A program made the position numbers and the translations under genes. A DNA stretch of 64,000 nt. Origin: Terriglobia bacterium (GTDB lineage Bacteria; Acidobacteriota; Terriglobia; JAJPHL01; JAPKYU01). A model generated the notes under the pieces. That model was not told where the DNA came from, did no database searches, and was given only the letters and a program-made list of their open reading frames with translations. Position 1 is the first letter of the stretch; each line of letters begins with the position of its first letter. Positions 59,319 to 64,000 of the stretch are shown here, piece by piece. The stretch is taken from positions 1,541,552 through 1,605,551 of the forward strand of contig CBDBKE010000004.1 in assembly GCA_965206645.1 (NCBI GenBank), in the 5' to 3' direction.

Positions 59319-59710
59319 GAGATTGGGAACGAGGCCGGGAAAGGCAAGTATTCTCAGGCGCTTACGGAGAATCGACTTGATCGTTCGGGCCACCGAAGCG
59401 TTCATGAATGAACGAGTTAACGCCCCGAAACGGCAAGGCGGAGGGACCGCCCGCCAGAGGGTGAGTCCATGAACAGGAGGAAATTGAATGAAAGCAAGCA
59501 CCTATCAACAGATCGAGATTGGGAACGAGGCCGGGAAAGGCAAGTATTCTCAGGCGCTTACGGAGAATCGACTTGATCGTTCGGGCCACCGAAGCGTTCA
59601 TGAATGAACGAGTTAACGCCCCGAAACGGCAAGGCGGAGGGACCGCCCGCCAGAGGGTGAGTCCATGAACAGGAGGAAATTGAATGAAAGCAAGCACCTA
59701 TCAACAGATC
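59319..59710. repeat. Perfect tandem duplication, 2 x 196 bp, spanning the RBS and first 9 codons of the DUF2924 gene
   Basis: Copy 1 is 59319-59514 and copy 2 is 59515-59710, identical by eye. Minus ORFs 59043..59501 and 59362..59697 share identical N-termini as a consequence. Confidence 0.85.
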
Positions 59711-60216
59711 CAGGAGCTGTCCCGACTGACCGTGGGCCAGCTCCGGGACAAGCACCTGGATGTCTTCGGTGAGGAGAGCCGCTGCCACCACAAGGCGGCC
59801 CTGCAAAAGCGCATCGCCTGGCGCCTGCAGGCCCTGGCCGAGGGCGGCCTCTCCGAGCGGGCCCGCCGGCGTGCCGAGGAACTGGCCAACGACGCCGATC
59901 TCAGAATGCGCGCCCCGCGTGATCCGATCCGGCCCGGCTCAGCGGAGGTGAGGGCTCGAACGGCGAAGAGCCGCATCCCGCCCTCGCGAGATCCGCGACT
60001 ACCCGTGCCCGGCACACTGCTGGTGCGGGAGTTTCGGGGGCGCGACGTGGTGGTCAAGGTGCTCGATGAGGGCTTCGAGTTCGAGGACCGGCGCTATCCG
60101 TCTCTGTCGGCCATCGCCAAGGAAATCACGGGCAGCAAATGGAACGGGTTCTTGTTCTTCAGCCTCACCGGTGGTGACGCAGCCGCGAGCGGGCGTCACC
60201 ATCAGGGGGTGAGCGA

Positions 60217-60220
<4 letters not shown>
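59684..60220 (+). CDS. DUF2924-family protein (recombinase-associated)
   Basis: PGTLLVREFRGRDVVVKVLDEGFEFEDRRYPSLSAIAKEITGSKWNGFLFF matches the DUF2924 consensus. AGGAGG RBS. Precedes a large serine recombinase. Confidence 0.75.
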
Positions 60221-61770
<1,550 letters not shown>

Positions 61771-61773
<3 letters not shown>

Positions 61774-63076
61774 CCTGACCGGCACTTTTTGTACCAAGTG
61801 GAAAGAGAGAGAATCCACTTGAGGAGGAAGTGAGGTCATGCCGACAAGGAGTTACAAGCCGGAGCAGATTGTAGCGGTGCTACGGCAGATAGAAGTGCAG
61901 ATGGGGAACGGGAAGACTGCGCCCCAAAAAGAAGCTGGAATCCACACCCAAACCTACTACCGGTGGCGGAAGGAATACGGCGGGCTGAAGGTGGTGCAGG
62001 CAAAACGGCTAAAGGAGTTGGAGAAGGAAAACACGCGGCTGAAGCGGTTGGTAGCGGAGCTTTCTCTGGAGAAGCAGGTGCTGCGGGATGTGGCACAGGG
62101 AAACTTCTGAGCCCTGAGCGGCGGCGTTGTGCGGTGGAGCGTGCGTGGGAGCAACACGGGTTGTCGGAACGGCATGCCTGCCGGCTGCTGGAGCAATGGC
62201 GAGGGACACAACGATACGAGCCGATTCATCGGGTGGACGAGGATGCTCTGACCCGAGCGATCATTGCCCTGGGAGCGAAGTACGGGCGATATGGCTACCG
62301 GAGGATCACAGCGTTGCTGCGGAGTGCGGGCTGGGAAGTGGGCAAGGACCGGGTGCAGCGGATTTGGCGGCGGGAAGGGCTGAAAGTGCCGCAAAAACAA
62401 AGGCCGCGAGGACGGCTGTGGCTGAACGACGGTTCCTGTGTACGACTGAGGCCGGAGCGACCGAACCACGTGTGGAGCTACGACTTCATGAGTGCCAGAA
62501 CGCACGAGGGGAGAACGCTGCGGCTGCTGACCTTGCTGGATGAGTACACGCGGGAATGCCTGGCGATCCGGGTGGAGCGGAGGATGGGCAGCCAACAAAT
62601 CATTGAGGCGTTGTCGGACGTGATGTTGTGGCGAGGGATACCGGAACAGATTCGATCCGACAATGGTCCCGAGTTCATCGCCAAACAACTGCGCCAGTGG
62701 TTGGCAAATCTAGGGACCGGGACACTGTACATCGAACCGGGCAGTCCCTGGGAGAACGGGTACTGCGAGAGTTTCAATGGGAAGCTGCGGGACGAATGCC
62801 TGAATGGAGAGATCTTCTACTCGTTGAAGGAGGCACAGGTGGTGATTGAACAGTGGAGGGTGCAATACAACACGGTGCGGCCGCACTCGGCGCTCGGCTA
62901 TAGGCCCCCGGCGCCGGGGGCCTATAGCATGATTCGCTCCAGAATTCTGGTGTTTCGATCTTCGCCGAGTCGCCGGTCCGGGAGTCTGCCTCCCCTGCCA
63001 CTGAAACCAGTTTCACAGCCCCAGGCTGCGATGTAAACTCTCACTACGGTTGGTACAAAAAATCGGTCTGGTCACA
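61771..63076 (+). mobile_element. IS3-family insertion sequence, copy 1. orfA is 61838..62110 (HTH) and orfB is ~62100..63036 (DDE integrase core) in the -1 frame
   Basis: Imperfect terminal IRs: TGACCTGACCGGCACTTTTTGTACCAAGTGG at ~61771 and TGTGACCAGACCGATTTTTTGTACCAACCG (reverse complement) at ~63076. orfB carries DDE motifs (WSYDFM, LDEYTRE, SDNGPEF...E). Confidence 0.75.
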
Positions 63077-63098
63077 TCGGCTACGGCCCGTGAAGGCG

Positions 63099-64000
63099 TG
63101 ACGTGACCGGGGGTTTTTGTACCAGGTGGAATAAGAGAGAATTCACCTGAGAAGGAGCCCCGATCCTGTCGACGAAGAGGTATAAGCCGGAGCAGGTTGT
63201 AAACCTCCTCCGGCAGATCGAAGTGGAGACTGCCAACGGGAAGACCACGCCGCAAGCCTGCCGGGATGCTCAGCTCACGGTGCAGACGTAGTATCGCTGG
63301 CGGAAGGAGTTTGGCGGGCTGAAGCTAGACCAAGCGAAGCGGCTGAAGGAACTCGAGAAAGAGAACTCTCGGCTCAAGCGGTTGGTGGCCGAGCTTTCCC
63401 TGGAGAAGCAGGTTTTGCGGGATGTGGCGCAGGGAAACTTGTAAGCCCTGAGCGGCGGCGTTGTGCGGTAGAGCGTGCGCGGGAGCAACACGGGTTGTCG
63501 GAACGGCATGGCTGCCGGCTGCTGGGGCAATGGCGAGGGACACAACGATACGAGCCGAATCCTGTGCTGGACGAAGATGGCCTCACCCGAGCGATCGTTG
63601 CCCTGGCGACGCAGTACGGGCGCTACGGCTACCGGAGGATCGCGGCACTGCTGCGGGGTGCAGGCTGGCCAGTGGGCAAGGATCGGGTGCAGCGGATCTG
63701 GCGGCGGGAGGGGCTGAAGGTGCCGCAAAAGCAAAGACCCCGAGGACGATTGTGGCTGAATGACGGTTCCTGCGTGCGGCTAAGGCCGGAGCGGCCCAAC
63801 CACGTGTGGAGTTACGATTTTGTCAGCGGCAGAACCGAGGAGGGGAGAAAGCTGCGCATCCTGACGCTGATTGATGAATATACGCGGGAATGTCTGGCGC
63901 TGCCGGTAGAGCGGCGAATGGGGAGCCGGCAGGTGATTCAGACCTTGTCGGAGGAGATGCTGTGGAAGGGCATTCCAGAGCACCTTCGCTCTGATAACGG
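63099..64000 (+). mobile_element. IS3-family element, copy 2 (diverged and degenerate; continues past the window end)
   Basis: Left IR TGACGTGACCGGGGGTTTTTGTACCAGGTGG. orfA lacks an ATG and carries TAG in place of the TAC of copy 1 (63289-63291). The orfB homolog is intact as far as the window extends. Confidence 0.65.

Overview
This is a high-GC bacterial chromosomal segment (inferred from the IS and coding content), possibly Acidobacteriota-like from the gene content, which is a low-confidence inference. It falls into five blocks.

1. 1-5.7 kb is a junkyard of mobile-element debris. It holds a serine-resolvase fragment, an IS256-family element nested inside a second, truncated IS256 transposase gene, a family of REP-like palindromes, a triply frameshifted secreted-protein gene, and an excisionase next to an integrase stub.
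2. 5.2-12.2 kb is a decayed integrative/conjugative element remnant on the minus strand. Its genes are xis, a truncated int, trbB/virB11, a traG/virD4-like coupling protein, a replication-relaxation family protein, trbF, trbL and a truncated trbJ. A repeat-rich oriT-like region lies in it.
3. 12.6-26.1 kb is one long minus-strand operon. It starts with an ECF sigma factor, an anti-sigma factor and a small periplasmic protein, followed by a complete type II secretion system (gspE-F-G-H-I-J-K-L-M-C-D).
4. 26.5-55 kb is mostly housekeeping. It includes two LolA-fold proteins, glgP, dksA, comF, an MBL hydrolase, a glycosyltransferase/methyltransferase cluster, pepP, era-corC-ybeY-phoH, an AAA ATPase with an in-frame TAG, rpsT, holA-lptE, an asd-like gene, pssA-psd, hemL and serS.
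5. 55-64 kb is a lower-GC island around tRNA-Asn. It holds an IS1/IS1595-like transposase, a higB / higA-ImmA toxin-antitoxin pair, a DUF2924 plus large-serine-recombinase module preceded by a perfect 196-bp tandem duplication, and two diverged IS3-family copies.

No CRISPR array or rRNA was seen. Many listed ORFs antisense to long genes are spurious high-GC artefacts.
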